Origin: Pseudogymnoascus verrucosus
Taxonomy: Eukaryota
Reading direction: 5' to 3' (one strand)
NCBI GenBank assembly: GCA_001662655.1
Contig: KV460226.1
Length of the DNA: 64,000 bases
The position numbers and the translations under genes were made by a program. The notes under the pieces are model-generated. The model saw nothing but the letters and a program-made list of their open reading frames with translations. It did no database searches and was not told the origin of the DNA. This document shows positions 13,801 through 27,474 of this stretch, piece after piece. Position 1 is the first letter of the stretch; each line of letters begins with the position of its first letter.

Positions 13801-14082
13801 AAGATGACCATGCAGGCACTTCCGCGGAAACCAGACCGTATTTGTGATAGGGGCTACTCATAGAGGGAGGGAGGAGAAGGCCGGAGCTGCCTTGCAAACG
13901 TGTAGTATTTACAGTATGTCGTATTATATGGTACAGTATAGTACAGCTCTCCTCGTAGCGTGACCTTGACGTCCATGGAGAAACTCAACATGAAAAGGCT
14001 ATGACAATGTGGCGTCTTCAACGACCTATACATGACTCATGATCGGCATCAGTTCGATAACCTATTGGCCAGGAAGTCCAGC

Positions 14083-15159
14083 TCAGGGCTTCACATCAGG
14101 AGCCTTCAGCTTCGCCGCGGCGGCATCCCTGACCTTCGTATCCCATCCCGCCTTCCCAACACCCTCCATCAACTTGCTTCGCGGAGGTGTGCACGGCATG
14201 ACAGGGTTCTTCAGCGGCATGAACACATCCAACAGATGCCCCTGCACAAAACTTACCAACATCGTGGAGATCCAATAATACAATACTCCCGCGGGCAATG
14301 CTAGCGTCAGCGGTCCCGCTGCCAGAGCGAGGAGTTTCAGCATGTTCCGAAGTCTGCGTTGAAAGGTAGAGGGTGTGCCCACTGGGGCTGCGGCGCGTGT
14401 GAAGTAGTGCGAAGGCACGAGATGGAGGAGCATTGTGGCGGACAGCGCGAAGGGGAGGATGAGGAGCGGATCTGCAGCGCTGAGGTCGACGAACCATAGA
14501 GGCCCTTCGGTGGTCATCGAAGGTTCTATCCGGGTGAGCGCAGTGGCAATGTCTGTGTTCGCGGTTGCACCAGACGCAGTTTCAGCAGCGCCTTCCGTCA
14601 CAGAAGGCACGGAGCTGAAAATCAAACGCAACAGTCCGCTGCCAGCTCCAGCCAACCGTCTGATTGACTCGATGATTATGAGGAAGAATGGGAGTTGTAG
14701 CGCGGGTGCGATGAACAGCTTGTAGCGTTGGCAGGAGAAGGCCTTGTAGATTTCCATCGTCTTGCGTGCGGCCAGCACCTTCATGTTGGAGGTTCCCTTG
14801 GATATGTCAACATTGCGCTCCAGTGCCCCTCGCCATGCTGTAATGAGAGGTGTAAGGCTTCGTTGCTTCGATATTATGCGGCGAGACCATATCGTCAGCG
14901 GGAGAAAGGCAAGGCGGACTGCGACGGCAGCAAATGGGATGGCCGCCCACCAAGGGAGAACATGGTGGATTCCGAGGAAGGCGTTGTGAGTAGCCTCGAG
15001 GACGGGGTCGAGGATTGTATATTTCTGACGGGGCGTAGCATGGAAGGATCGTGAGGCTGCAGAGGGGAAGCAGGACAGGAACGGTTGTGGTTGTCGAGCT
15101 TGCTGGAATTGTAGCCGCACTGCTCGAGAGAGTGGGCGTTGCACGAGATGCCGCGACAT
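14083..15159 (-). CDS. COX18: Mitochondrial inner-membrane insertase Cox18 (Oxa1/YidC family)
   Basis: Arg/Ser-rich presequence from ATG 15159. Motifs LPWWAAIP, LQLPFF, EGPLWFVDLSAADP and PAGVLYYWIS. It lacks the long Oxa1 C-terminal tail. Confidence 0.85.
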   Translation of the reverse strand: MSRHLVQRPLSRAVRLQFQQARQPQPFLSCFPSAASRSFHATPRQKYTILDPVLEATHNAFLGIHHVLPWWAAIPFAAVAVRLAFLPLTIWSRRIISKQRSLTPLITAWRGALERNVDISKGTSNMKVLAARKTMEIYKAFSCQRYKLFIAPALQLPFFLIIIESIRRLAGAGSGLLRLIFSSVPSVTEGAAETASGATANTDIATALTRIEPSMTTEGPLWFVDLSAADPLLILPFALSATMLLHLVPSHYFTRAAAPVGTPSTFQRRLRNMLKLLALAAGPLTLALPAGVLYYWISTMLVSFVQGHLLDVFMPLKNPVMPCTPPRSKLMEGVGKAGWDTKVRDAAAAKLKAPDVKP

Positions 15160-15515
15160 GAAGCTGGCTCCGAGTTTTGAGGCGTTCGGGGCCAATTGGC
15201 ACGAAACCCTTTGCTAGATAGCTCTGACCATCAAAAGATATTAGCTGGAGACAGGCTGACTTGAAATAGCAGCGATACCCAATCTACCGTTCTGTCAATG
15301 TATCGCGGGATGAAGACAAAATATCGCGGGCGTCAGCCTTTCGGCACCGGGCCTTTAATTTGCCGAGAACACGAGCCCACGTGTGTTACTTGTCACGTCG
15401 CAACGTCCTCAGCCTTGCCATGCGCCAAGCAACATACATACCTAATACGGAGTTTCATAGTTCTGGACCATTTCCATGCTGATATAACACTTTCGTGCCT
15501 CTTTATAAGGGCAGA

Positions 15516-17300
15516 ATGATCCCTCTAGGCTGGCTCCTTGGCATCACTGCCTTGGTGACACTTCTGCCCGTAGGATTACTCCTCTACGGCCATTCGCTAG
15601 CCCAGATACTTGGAGAGACGATAGGGTGGTACTTACTAAAGCGGACGGCCCCGAAGAGGGCAATCATTCTCAAAAAGGTTGCCGAGGAAGAGGCGGAGCT
15701 GGCAAAGGAGGCGGCGCGCGGGAAGAAGGCCAAGGAAGGCGACGAGGAGTGGGAGAGGGTTGAAAGCTACACTGTTGGCAACGCTGTGAACGGAGATGTC
15801 GCCGAGAAGGATTGGGAGGGGATCGTGGGCTTCCTACACCCATTCTGCAACGCAGGGGGTGGTGGTGAGAGAGTTCTCTGGGCAGCTGTGCGCGCGACGC
15901 AGCAGAGGTGGCCCAAGGCTACATGTGTGGTTTATACGGGCGACCACGATGTCACCAAGGAGAAGATGCTGGAGAGGGTTGAGGTATGTTGGTCCTACGC
16001 CCTACAATTCACTGCTAATGATTTGCGAGTAGAATCGGTTCAATATCCAGCTTCACGCGCCGACCGTCACCTTCCTCTATCTCACAACACGGCACTTAGT
16101 CCTAGCCTCAACATGGTCATTTGCAACTCTCTTCGGCCAATCCTTGGGCTCGTTGTTCATGGCCTACGACGCCTTCTCCCTTTTAGTCCCGGATATCTTT
16201 GTCGACACTATGGGCTATGCATTCGCTCTTGGGCTGTGCAAGCTGATGTTCCCAAAGGTGCCGACGGGAGCATACGTCCACTACCCCACAATCTCCACAG
16301 ACATGCTTGCCTCGCTCGACTCTACGACCAACAGCACACACGGTGTCAACGCCGGAAAGGGCGTCGGCGCGAAGGGTGCAGCGAAGAAGGTTTACTGGGA
16401 GATTTTCGCCAAGGTCTACGGCTGGGTCGGCTCCTCGATTGACGTCGTCATGACGAACTCTACATGGACACAGGGCCATATCCGCTCACTATGGGGCGGT
16501 TTCCGAGCTGAGCGTGGCGTCATGTCTGATATAGCAGTTGTGTACCCTCCCGTCGCAGTCGAAGAGCTCGAGAGCGAAATCGAAATCTCGGCAGAGAGTG
16601 AGAAGAAGAGGTCGAAGACGCTCTTGTACATTGCGCAGTTCCGGCCGGAGAAGAATCACACGTTGATATTGAACTCATTCGCCGAGTTCATGCGCACAAA
16701 GACGCCTGCCACGAAAGGCGCAAAGCTTGTCCTTGTCGGGAGTGTGCGGGATGATTCCGACTCAAAGCGCGTGTATGAGCTGAGATTATTGGCCAACGAG
16801 CTCCAGATCAAGGACAGTGTGGAATTCCATCTGGATGCCTCTTGGCCAGAGATATTGGAGTGGTTACGAAAGGCGTCTGTGGGTGTCAATGGAATGTGGA
16901 ATGAGCACTTTGGCATTGGTGTTGTAGAATATCAGGCGGCGGGGTTGATCGCGGTGGTACATAAGAGTGGCGGACCGAAGATAGATATTGTTACAGAGGT
17001 GGAGGGGAAGCCAACTGGTGAGTTTTCCGAGAATGCCTTCTATTTGCCAGGATCTAACGGATATCAGGGTTCCATGCGACAACTTCGACTGAATTTGCCG
17101 AAGGGTTCGAGAAGGCACTGTCACTCAAGGATACACTTGACTGGCGTCGCAGGGCACGGTTGTCTGCAAAAGGTTTTACAGAAGAGGAGTTTGCGAAGAG
17201 GTTCATCAAACAGATGGAGACGCTGGTGCTGCTGCAGGTTAACGGGCCAGGCCCTGGTAAGAAGATAGATACCCATTTTACAGAGGGATTCCACATGTAG
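15516..17300 (+). CDS. ALG11: Alpha-1,2-mannosyltransferase Alg11 (GT4)
   Basis: Motifs [49 protein letters not shown] and [13 protein letters not shown]. Two introns. Confidence 0.96.
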
Positions 17301-17486
17301 ATATATCAAAGAAAGGCATGTATATTTTGTCAACTGCGGGAAATACACGTGAAACCTTGACACAAGCATTGTAACCAGGCAGAGCCGTCGAATTATCTTT
17401 CGTATCATATCGACTTGAACAACCGTATCCTCTACAGTCTGAAATTAAAGAAACTGGTATCACAATCGACGCCTAACCCATCAAGT

Positions 17487-17927
17487 CTACACTTTCCACG
17501 GCCCATCCCAAAGCACCTTCTTAGGCTTAAGCAGGATCCCCCTCTCATCAAACTCGACACCCTCCTCCTTCAGAATCAACAGTTTCTTCGACACATTCCC
17601 CCCCTCGGGCAACACCTTTTTCGCGACATCCGCCTTCGCCCCCTTCGGCGTAGACCTGCTCGCCGTTCCCTGTGCCGTCCCATCCTTTGCCCTCTTAAAC
17701 GTCGTCCGCTTGATTACTTCTCCGTCATATCCATTGATATAGCCGCTGGCATTCACGCAGCGGTGGCACGGGACCTCGGGCGCGAAGGGGTTGTTGCGCA
17801 GTGCGTTGCCGACGGCGCGGGGTGAGGACTTCAGAGCGCGGGCGAGGGCGCCATATGTCGTGACACGGCCTTCCGGGATCTGGGTCAGGAGGGTGTAGAC
17901 GCGCTCTTGGAATTCTGTGACGGGCAT
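17487..17927 (-). CDS. O6-methylguanine-DNA methyltransferase (Ogt/MGMT DNA-binding domain)
   Basis: FQERVY..IPEGRVTTYG..RAVGNAL..NP..VPCHRCV, with the PCHR active-site motif intact. Confidence 0.9.
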   Translation of the reverse strand: MPVTEFQERVYTLLTQIPEGRVTTYGALARALKSSPRAVGNALRNNPFAPEVPCHRCVNASGYINGYDGEVIKRTTFKRAKDGTAQGTASRSTPKGAKADVAKKVLPEGGNVSKKLLILKEEGVEFDERGILLKPKKVLWDGPWKV

Positions 17928-18705
17928 TTTGGGTGCTGTGGTAGGGTCGAATGTGGATCTGCCACCTTGAGGGATGGGTAGAGATTGAACTCGCCGTATG
18001 TCAGTTCCGTTCCAAACGTATAGGTATATCCTGAAGGTTATTTGGTTGAGGCATAAAAAGGCGCATAATGGACGCGTTGATGAGGTATTCCGGGCTTTGG
18101 GTCCTCGGCGTTTGTGAGCTCGGTATTTGACGCGGTTCTAGGCACTGATCAATAATCAATTGCCAGGCGGGAGTGAGTCAACAACCACGCCCTTTCAAAT
18201 ACATGACACTTATTATGCTTTTCAAAAATAGTAGCTCTCTCGATACACTTTTTATAGCTTTTTCATGATACCAAAGCCTTTAGTATGTTATTCTGTAGAG
18301 ATTTAAATATTATCCCCAAATTTATTAGTTTCATTGATAATTATATCCCCAAAAAAATCATTTTTCATCAATTAAATAATATCTTAGGTCTATTCCATAA
18401 TAATATACTCCAACCCCCCCCCAAAGAACCTATCCCATAAAAAACAACAAACATCTCAAGCCAGCGTGCTTTGTCTGCTTTGCCTTTATATAACCCATAG
18501 AAGTATACAGGTGGATCCCTGTATTTCACGTGACTTAAATACACTAGCGCGTCGGCCCGCACACGTCAACAAATAAATCACGTGGCGCGACGCCAACGTT
18601 TATCTAATCTGATCAACGTTGATCAGGACCCTGAACAGTTATATCTTTCTGCAATAACAGCCCCTTAAAAAGGCAGATCTGCCGAAAACAAGCACGAACT
18701 CAAAG

Positions 18706-19822
18706 ATGGAGCCTGAAACCACCCAAAAGGTTGTGGAGAGCACTCCTACTGAGAGCACTCCTGCTGAGCTCCCCGTCGAGTCGGTCCCTGAGGTTGCCGC
18801 GGAGATCAACCAACGCAAGGACACCCCTACTGAGCTTCCTACTGAGCTTCCCGCCGAGCCAAACCCAGTAGTTGCAGCTGAGACTGAGCAATCCAAGACT
18901 GCCGAGACCTCTCCAGAGGCTGTTGTTGACAAGAGCCAGCCCGAGACTCCTCTTTCCAAGCTCTTTGGAGAGCTTCCCAAGATCATCGTCGATGCTGAGC
19001 ACGGTGAGATGTGGGGCGTGAAGCTCGAGGACGCCACCAATGTTCCAACCACCATCATCCTTCAAAAGTTCCTCCGTGCAAACAACGATGATGTTGCCAA
19101 AGCCAAGGCCCAGCTCCTCGAGGCCTTGCAATGGCGCAAGAAGGTGGACCCTCTGAAGCTCCTTACAGAGGTGGAGCACAACAAGGAGAAGTTCGGAAAC
19201 CTTGGCTATGTCACTGTCTACAACGCCACCGGCACCCAGAAGGAAATCATCACCTGGAACATCTACGGAGCAGTAAAGGACATCAAGGGCACGTTTGACA
19301 ATGTTGAGGAGTACGTACTATAGACCCCTCATGTGATAAGTGTTAACCAGCTACAGGTTCATCAAATGGCGCACTGCTCTTATGGAGCTTTCTATCAAGG
19401 AGCTCGATCTTGCCTCCGCCACCGAGAAGATCCCCGACGGCGGCCCTGACCCCTACCGCATGATCCAAGTGCACGACTACCTCAACGTCAGCTTCCTCCG
19501 AATGGACCCCAGCGTCCGCGCCGCTTCCAAGGCCGCAATCCAGACCTTTGCCATGGCGTACCCAGAGCTGGTCAAGGAGAAGTTCTTTGTCAACGTGCCC
19601 TTGGCCATGGGCTGGGTCTTTGCTGCTCTGAAGCTGTTCCTGAGCGCCGAGACGATCAAGAAGTTCCACCCTCTGAGCTATGGAGGAAGTTTGGCTGGAG
19701 AGATTCCCGAGTGTGGAATCCAGTTGCCAGAGGTTTATGGAGGAAAGGGAGTGCCCCTGACTGAAGGCGGACTGGTTGTCAAGTACGGCAACGCGGAGGA
19801 GCCCCAGCCCGAGTCAAAGTAA
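18706..19822 (+). CDS. SFH5: Phosphatidylinositol transfer protein Sfh5 (CRAL-TRIO)
   Basis: Motifs EMWGV, LQKFLRAN, TWNIYG, FIKWRTALME, QVHDYLNVSFLR and YPELVKEKFFVNVP. One intron near 19311-19356. Confidence 0.92.
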
Positions 19823-20061
19823 ACAGTCACAAGGCGCTGAAGGGACACATGTAACACAACAAAGATGGCAGACGCTCTCGCGGTAAAATGAACATTAATT
19901 TCGCTCTGATTGAGAACCGAATTATGATAGTCTCACCTGTGACGTGCTTATGTCCTTTCTTTACCTTGTACAAAGTTTATCCTCCCACTATGTAGTGATG
20001 CCACCCGAAACGCCGCTCCGCTTCCCCATGCACGCTATCATATTGTATACAAACGGAAAGC

Positions 20062-23000
20062 TCATAGGTACAGAGACTGTGCTGCGACAATGTCGCGCTT
20101 AATCTTTGTCAAAGCCTCCTCAAACTTGGCCGACAGGTCATCTGATCCCATAACCTTGCCAGCTTGCGCCATCTGCCTCAGTAGCTCTTCCAAGCGGCGG
20201 AAAAGTCGGATGAGAGATCCTTCGTAGACATCCGTCATTTTACTATTATTGTCAGTGTTGTTCATGTCTTTCATCATTGGGTAACTCACCAGATCTCCGC
20301 GAAGGATTTCCCTTGCGTCCAAGCCAAAACAACATCCATAAGCTGGTACTTGAAGCTTTGCACGTACTCCTCCTCGTTCACCTCCAGCTTCGACTCCTGG
20401 CTCACCTTGGCGATAATCCTCGCCTGTGCCTGGATTTCTCTAAACGGTTTGGCAAGTTCCTCCTTTAGCGGAGGGCACTGGCTCTTCTCCTCAAAGATGA
20501 AGCAACTCAGCACGGCAGCACAAAGCTCAGGACTCAACTCGTTGAAGAAACGGTTGAACAGGAGCTCGGACAAAAGCAGCTCGTGTCCATCACCAGTAGA
20601 GATCTCGCAAGCTACACGAGCCTTCAGTTCGACGACTTCCTGGTCATTGATGAAGCCGAGACGACGCAAAACACGCTTACGGGATTTGAGTTCATCCAGT
20701 TGCATAATCGCATGTGCAGCGGTTATCGACTTCTTCTTCTCCTTGATCTTGTTGCCAAATTCGATCTTCTCGGCGTATTTGTCGAAGAGATCGGTGAGGC
20801 GAGGCGAGTTGTGTAGAGGGTTCGAGAGGAGACGAGACTCCAAGACTTCGATCTTGCGGAGGAGCTTCTTAAACGACTCGTCCTTGATGCCCATATTCTC
20901 GATTGGATCGAGAACTGCAATGCCGTCTGGGAAGCGGCGCTTGACCTCGTCCAACGACTTGCGGACGGTGTTGCGCTGGTCTGCCGCCTTGAGGTCTTTT
21001 GGCAGGAAGATGCGGACGTGGCCAATCGACTCGATGCACGACAGCAGTATCGGGACGATTTCCATCTTTCCGGTTTCGCCTTCGTTAGGTGGGTGAACTC
21101 CAGCAGGAATCTCTTGGTGTGTCTGTGTGCCGACAGACGAAGATTCCGAAACTGGCAACAGAACATCGGCAATATATGACTCTTGTGGGGCATACTCCTC
21201 CACAACTTGGCCCTTGGGTGCCCTTCTGGCTGTGAACTTCACAACAGCTCCCCACCCAAAGTCTTCGCCCTTGTGCTTGATGTGGACTAAACGACCAGAC
21301 TGCAGGAAAGGTAGAGAGTAATTCGGGTGGTTGATAACAGCCTTCAAGTCCTTCGAATAGGTGTCTAGCTGTTGTTTCAGATCGTAGTAATCCTTGATAG
21401 TCGCCTCATCCGGAATCTCCATGCCATCCCTCTCAGTCTGGAGCTGCTGAAGATCTCTCTCCAGGCCAGAGACACCAGAGGTGTTCTGGAACTGGAAGAA
21501 GCAGTGCTCCAACATAAATTCCGGTGAGATACCCTCGACTCTCATCAAGTTGAGAATCATATTGTATCCCAAGTAGAACGCCGAATTGAGCTTGTCTTGT
21601 TCTCCCCGTACGATTTCTTTCGCAACGGCGGGCTCCATCTTGTCGTCAATCATCATAATGACAATACCACGATCATCCAATCCTCTACGTCCAGCACGAC
21701 CAGACATCTGCACAAACTCTGAAGGCGTCAGGTATCTCTGGGAGACACCGTCAAACTTCCGCACGCTCGTGAAAACAACAGTCTTGGCGGGCATGTTGAG
21801 TCCGATGGAGAAGGTCTCGGTCGCAAAGAGAACCTTGATCAAATTCTCCTGGAACAAGATCTCAATGGTCTCCTTCAAGATGGGAAGAAGCCCAGAGTGA
21901 TGAACTCCGATACCGCGGCGAAGCAGAGGCAGGATATGCTGGATTTGCGGAAGCTGCTTGTCCTCATCCGACAGCATTTCAATAGCGCTGTCGAACACTT
22001 TGCTGACCATTGCCTTCTCCGAGTCGTCGTTGAACGCCATCGAGCTCATCTGAAGTGCGTATGCCTCGCACTCTCTCTTGCTGAAACTGAAGACAATAAC
22101 AGGGTTGTAATGCTTGACCATGATCATCCGCACAATCTTATAGATATCGGTCGTCTCCTTATTGCCACCCTTGTTGGTCTTCTTGTCCTTTCCTCTTCCC
22201 TTCTGCTTCGCGTTGATGTCAGCCGGGTCTGAGCCCTTCTTGTCTTCTATCGTCGACATGGCCTTGTCAAAGTTGTCTTGCCTGAAGTTACCCTTCTCGT
22301 CAACAATCAAATGGATACCATCTGCGCCAGCGGGGAAGAAGTAATGCTGAAGAGGGGTTGGGCGGAAATCGGTGTACACAATGTGACACGGCTGGTTATG
22401 TGTTTTCGTGATCCATTCCGCAAACTGCATCGAGTTGGGGATGGTGGCGGACAGGAAGACGTAGCGGACCTTGTCTGGGAGAAGGATGATGGTCTCTTCC
22501 CAGACAACACCTCGCGCCTTGTCTCTCATGTAATGGATTTCGTCGAAAACGACCCAGCCGACTTCGCGCATGATCTCCGAACCACGATACAACATGGACC
22601 TCAGAATCTCCGTAGTCATGACCAGACAGGTCGCAGTTGGGTTGATTGTGACATCTCCAGTCATGAGCCCGACATCCCCAAACTCGGCGGCAAACTCTCT
22701 GTATTTCTGGTTGCTCAATGCCTTGATCGGACTTGTGTAGATGACTCGCTGGTTGTTCTGCAGACTCTGCGCGATGGCGTACTCGGCCGTGACCGTCTTT
22801 CCGGCACTCGTGTGCGCCGACACCAGCACAGACTCTCCACGCTGTATAGAGGCAATCGCAACCTTCTGGAAAGGATCCAGCTCGAAAGGCCATACCCTCG
22901 CGGGCTTCGCGGGCGGTACATGTTGGGAGATGGGAATGTAGTCGTAGTCCGGCGGCAGCGAGACTTGATGCTGGATGTTGTGCTGTAAAACGAGAGCGCC

Positions 23001-23348
23001 ATCCTCCTTGCTGGCCTGGAGACCTGCAGAGGCAGCAACTTCTCTCGATTGAGCAGTCTCGAACGTGTCCGTCACAACCGGCGCGGCTTCCTCGTCCTTG
23101 CGCCTTCGCTTGGCTTCCTTCTCCTTGACGGCCTCGTCCGCCTCTTCTGATTCCTCTGGCTCAGCCTCTGCTACAGCCTCCTCTGCTGCCTCTTCACCAT
23201 TCTGCTCCTCCTCCTCAACCTGCTTCACTGCACCACTGGCATTCCGCTTCTTGCTCCGGTCCTTCTTCTTCGATTTGTCTCTCTTGGGCGCTGTAGTCGC
23301 GGGCGCACGCTGAGGCGCATCGTTGAAGACGTCAAAAAGGTCGTCCAT
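20062..23348 (-). CDS. MTR4: Ski2-like RNA helicase Mtr4/Dob1
   Basis: MDDLFDVF start. Motifs [23 protein letters not shown] and [10 protein letters not shown]. The C-terminus is [11 protein letters not shown]. Confidence 0.97.
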
Positions 23349-23736
23349 GGTGACTGAGTTCACTGCATAGGCCAGTAATCTCAGGACCTTGAACCGATCC
23401 TATAAATCTGTTGTGGTTTGTTGCCCAAAAATGGTTGATTTCACTTTAATTTTTTTATCGCAATCGCAGGTTGCGGCTCTTGCTATGAATTTTTGGATTG
23501 GTCCGTTCAGCCAATCAGAATATTAGGCGAGAATTCATGGGTCATTTCGCCGTAACGGAGCTAAAATACTTGAAGCTACAGTCAACTTCGGCTCATCCAA
23601 CGACTTCATCACCAAAGAAACTACAAATCCGCCCCGCGCAACACAACCGCAAAGGTTAGCCATGGACTCCAATCGAATCCGCGCTCAATTGATATCAGAA
23701 TCGCGGAATAAAGAATACTCAAGCTGACACGACCAG

Positions 23737-24090
23737 ATGTTCGCCCGCACTGCTACCCGCGTCTCCCCGATGGCCCAGATGGCTGCCCGCCGTGGCTTCC
23801 ACTCTACCCGCTCGCAGATGGCCTCGCCATACCATTACCCTGAGGGCCCGAGGAACAACTTGCCATTCAACCCGTTGACCAAGTTCTTCGCTCTGAGATA
23901 CTGGGGCTTCATGGGTAGGCTTCCCTGATGGAACGGCCGAGGTACTACCAGCCAGATTGCTAACTAGAGACCACAGCTCTCGGATTCGGTGCGCCATTCG
24001 GAATTGCTGGTAAGGCTTCTATACCCTTTATTCGACGCTGAGCAGGAAACTAACGGTGGTGTAGTCTGGCAAACAAAGAAGAACCAGTAA
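23737..24090 (+). CDS. Cytochrome c oxidase subunit VIIc (yeast Cox8-like), 3 coding exons
   Basis: Presequence followed by YHYPEGPRNNLPFNP...GFGAPFGIA..WQTKKNQ*. Confidence 0.88.
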
Positions 24091-24620
24091 ATGCGCACTG
24101 GGTGATGATGGAAGGATCTATAGAAGGGGATGGGTTGGATGGGATGAAGGCGGACTGTTTGGAACCACTGTGTACACAATAAGACGAAAATATCACTTTC
24201 ATTGTCCATCTTGAAATGTTGGGTTGCTATGGGGGTGTGTTGTGCACCAGAGGCATTGTGTGCGACATGTGTTGTAGAGACAAACATTCGGCCTAACAAC
24301 AGCGAATTGAATTGGATACATGTTTTAAAACTACAGCCCGAAGAATCCAGCGGAGGTAAGTTGATAGATTGAAACCTGAGCGATATTCTGGCGTTGTCGT
24401 CTCATTATGTGGACGTGAGCTATCTCCACGGAGATACCGAGGTGTTTCAACCTTCAATTATACAAGTCGTGGAAGAAGCCTGCAATGACAAACAGTTCAC
24501 ATATGGACGGGCGAATTCCGTAGTCAATACAGCACAATCAACAAATCGTTATCCCATTTTCATTTCGCCGATACGTCTATCATATACCCAAGATTTCTCG
24601 TTTTAGACCCCTCTAAACCT

Positions 24621-25974
24621 CTACTCCTTGTTTACCCCCGCATTATTAGCCTCCACCTTCTCCACCGCCGCCTGTCCACCCACCACCGTCGACTTCGCCG
24701 GCAGCGTCTGCTTCAGCGGTGGCAGCAGACTCCTGCTCGCCTGCCTCGCCTGCTGCGCCATCAGAGCATCAATGACAACCAAGCTGGCCATCGCCTCGAC
24801 AATCGGCACCGCGCGGGGAACTACGCACGGGTCGTGACGTCCCTTCGCCTCAAGGACGCCAGCCTCGTCACCGTCGTAAGTGACGGTATTCTGGGCCTGC
24901 CCAATGGTTGCTGCCGGCTTGAACGCGACGCGGAAGTAGATGGGGGCGCCGTTGGTGATTCCTCCCTGGATACCACCCGAGTTGTTCGTCTTGGTGGTCA
25001 AGCGGGGCCTTGGAATACCAGCGCGCGAAGCACCAGTCTCGGCACCAGTCTCAGCGGGGGCCCTGACAAAGGGATCGTTGTGGATGGAGCCGGGAACCTC
25101 GCAGCCGCCGAAGCCGGAGCCGATCTCAAAACCCTTGGTGGCGGGGATGCTGAGCATGGCGTGGGCGAGCATGGCCTCCATCTTGTCGAAGCAGGGCTCG
25201 CCGAGACCGCTGGGGACGTTCCTGATGACGCAGGTGACGGTGCCACCGATGCTGTCTTGGCGGTCGCGGAACTCCTCGATGCACTTCTTCATCTTCTCGC
25301 CGGCGGCAGCATCAGGGCAGCGCACGGGAACGAAGGAGTCGACGGTCTCGCGGTCGATGGTGTCGAGGAGCTTGAGGAATGCGGGGTTCGTGGATGGCGA
25401 CGGGTGCTCTGGCGTCGGGGGGAACATGTGTACTGAGCCTACGGACGAGACAAAGGCCGTGATCTCAATTCCGTGTGCGAGTCGAAGGTATTTGTCCGCA
25501 ATCGCACCGGCAGCCACTCTCCCAATAGTCTCGCGCGCGGAGCTGCGACCACCGCCCGAGCTGGCCTTGACGCCGTACTTCTCGAGGTATGTCCAGTCGG
25601 CATGCGATGGGCGCGGGAAGAGGTCCATGGTCGAGTTTCCGTAGTCCTTAGGGCGCTGGTCCTGGTTGCGGACGAGCATGCCGATGGGGGTACCCAGGGT
25701 GACGCCGAACTCGGTGCCAGAGTGGATTTCGACCTGGTCCTTCTCATCGCGGGGAGTCGTCAGGGCGCTCTGGCCGGGTCGGCGACGGGTCATCTGAGGC
25801 TGGATATCGGCTTCGGTGAGCTCCATTCCTGGGGGGCAGCCATCGACGATGCATCCCACCGAGCGACAATGCGACTCGCCATAGCTGTGCACTGTTAGTA
25901 TCGGGGACGCCACGTCACATTTAGGGCGCCCAAACTCACGTCGTAACCTTGAAGTATTCTCCGAACGTAGACAT
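24621..25974 (-). CDS. ARO2: Chorismate synthase
   Basis: [17 protein letters not shown], plus [25 protein letters not shown] and [11 protein letters not shown]. Confidence 0.98.
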
Positions 25975-26199
25975 CTCGAATAGATCCTTTGATTTTGATT
26001 ATGACAATACCACTCGCCGTAGTCTTCTCTTTGTGTCCAGAAATCTGCAAAACGGTGACTCGATTAGAAAATGTGCGGGACGCAATCGGTGGGGTGGACC
26101 CCTGTCATCGATAAACTCGGCTCCGCAGACCGCAGCTCCGTCCTCCGCCTCGTCACTCCAAATCCCTCAGCCTCGCCTCAAAAATTTCCCAACAACTAC

Positions 26200-27474
26200 A
26201 TGGCTCCCTCCAGGGGCATCACCGCGCTTTTGCGCGCCAATTGCTCAGCGACGACGACATTTCGTTACGGGCTTCAGCGCTGGCATGGACTCACCCGCTC
26301 CTACACCTCCATCCCCGACCTCGCGACCGACCCGGCGCGACAGACTCAGATCTACATCTCCCGCAGCACCGACCCCTACCTCAACCTCTCCCTGGAGCAC
26401 TACCTGCTCCAATCCACCCCGCCAACCTCCACCGTCCTCTTCCTCTATACCAACCGGCCCAGTCTCATCATAGGCCGCAACCAAAACCCTTGGGTGGAAA
26501 CCAATCTCTCGCTCCTCCGAAACACCCCGTCATCCGCCTCTACAGATGACATCTCCCTCGTCCGCCGCCGCTCCGGAGGCGGCGCCGTATTCCACGACGA
26601 GGGCAACGTGAATTACTGTGTCATCACCCCGACATCCGAGTTCGACCGCGACAAGCACGCTCACATGGTCGTGCGGGCCTTGCACTCCCTCGGCGCGACG
26701 CGGGCGGCCGTGAATGCCCGACACGACATCGTGCTTGACGTGTCGCCCCCTCCCATCCCACGAAGCAAGAAAGCAAACATCACGACAAGCGCTGCAGCCA
26801 CGGGACCCGCGACGCCAACGCATAGGAAGGTGTCTGGGTCGGCATATAAGTTGACGCGGCTGCGGTCTCTCCATCATGGGACGTGTCTGCTCAGTTCGCC
26901 GAATATAGGGGGGATAGGGGCGTATCTTCGCTCGCCAGGGAAGGGATATATGCTGGCGCGCGGGGTGGATAGCGTGAGTTCGCCGATTGCGAATGTGCGT
27001 GTTGGAAATGGAGAGTTTGAGGAGGCAGTGGTTGGAGAGTTTGAGGAGATGTACGGGGGGGTTGAGGTTGTAGAGGTTGGGGAGGAAGAGATTGAGGGGG
27101 TGGAGGAGATCAGGAAGGGTGTGAAGGAATTGAGGGTATGTTTATATATTCCCATAACAGTCTGGCCATGCTAACAATGATAGTCTGAGGACTGGATATA
27201 CCTCCAGACACCGCAGTTCACATTCTCGTCGCACCCGACGGAAGAGGACCCTCGCGAGCGTCCTCTCCGGCCACCCTACGTCCATGCGGCGGCATCTGTG
27301 CTGTTTACGGCGCGCAACGGCGCGATTACCGACGCAGAGATCCGCAATGGGGAGGGCGAGCGTGCGGAGGGGTTAGTGGGGAGGAAGGTGCATGAGATTA
27401 TGGATTGGCGTGAGGCGCTGGGAGGGCGTGATGATGGGGTTGGGAAGTGGTTGAATGGGTTGTTTGGGGTGTAG
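26200..27474 (+). CDS. Lipoate-protein ligase A (Lip3/Aim22-like), mitochondrial
   Basis: Motifs [42 protein letters not shown] and HHGTCL. The second exon begins [12 protein letters not shown]. Confidence 0.92.

Noticed and set aside
18200..18460. AT-rich tract as a transposon
   Set aside because: It is short and has no terminal repeats or coding remnant that I can identify.
24621..27474. ARO2 or lipoate ligase as precursor-supply or self-resistance genes of the cluster
   Set aside because: Both look like ordinary housekeeping copies with flank-type codon usage, in a run with MTR4 and COX VIIc. Nothing here indicates a duplicate copy. A genome-wide copy-number check would be needed to revive the idea.
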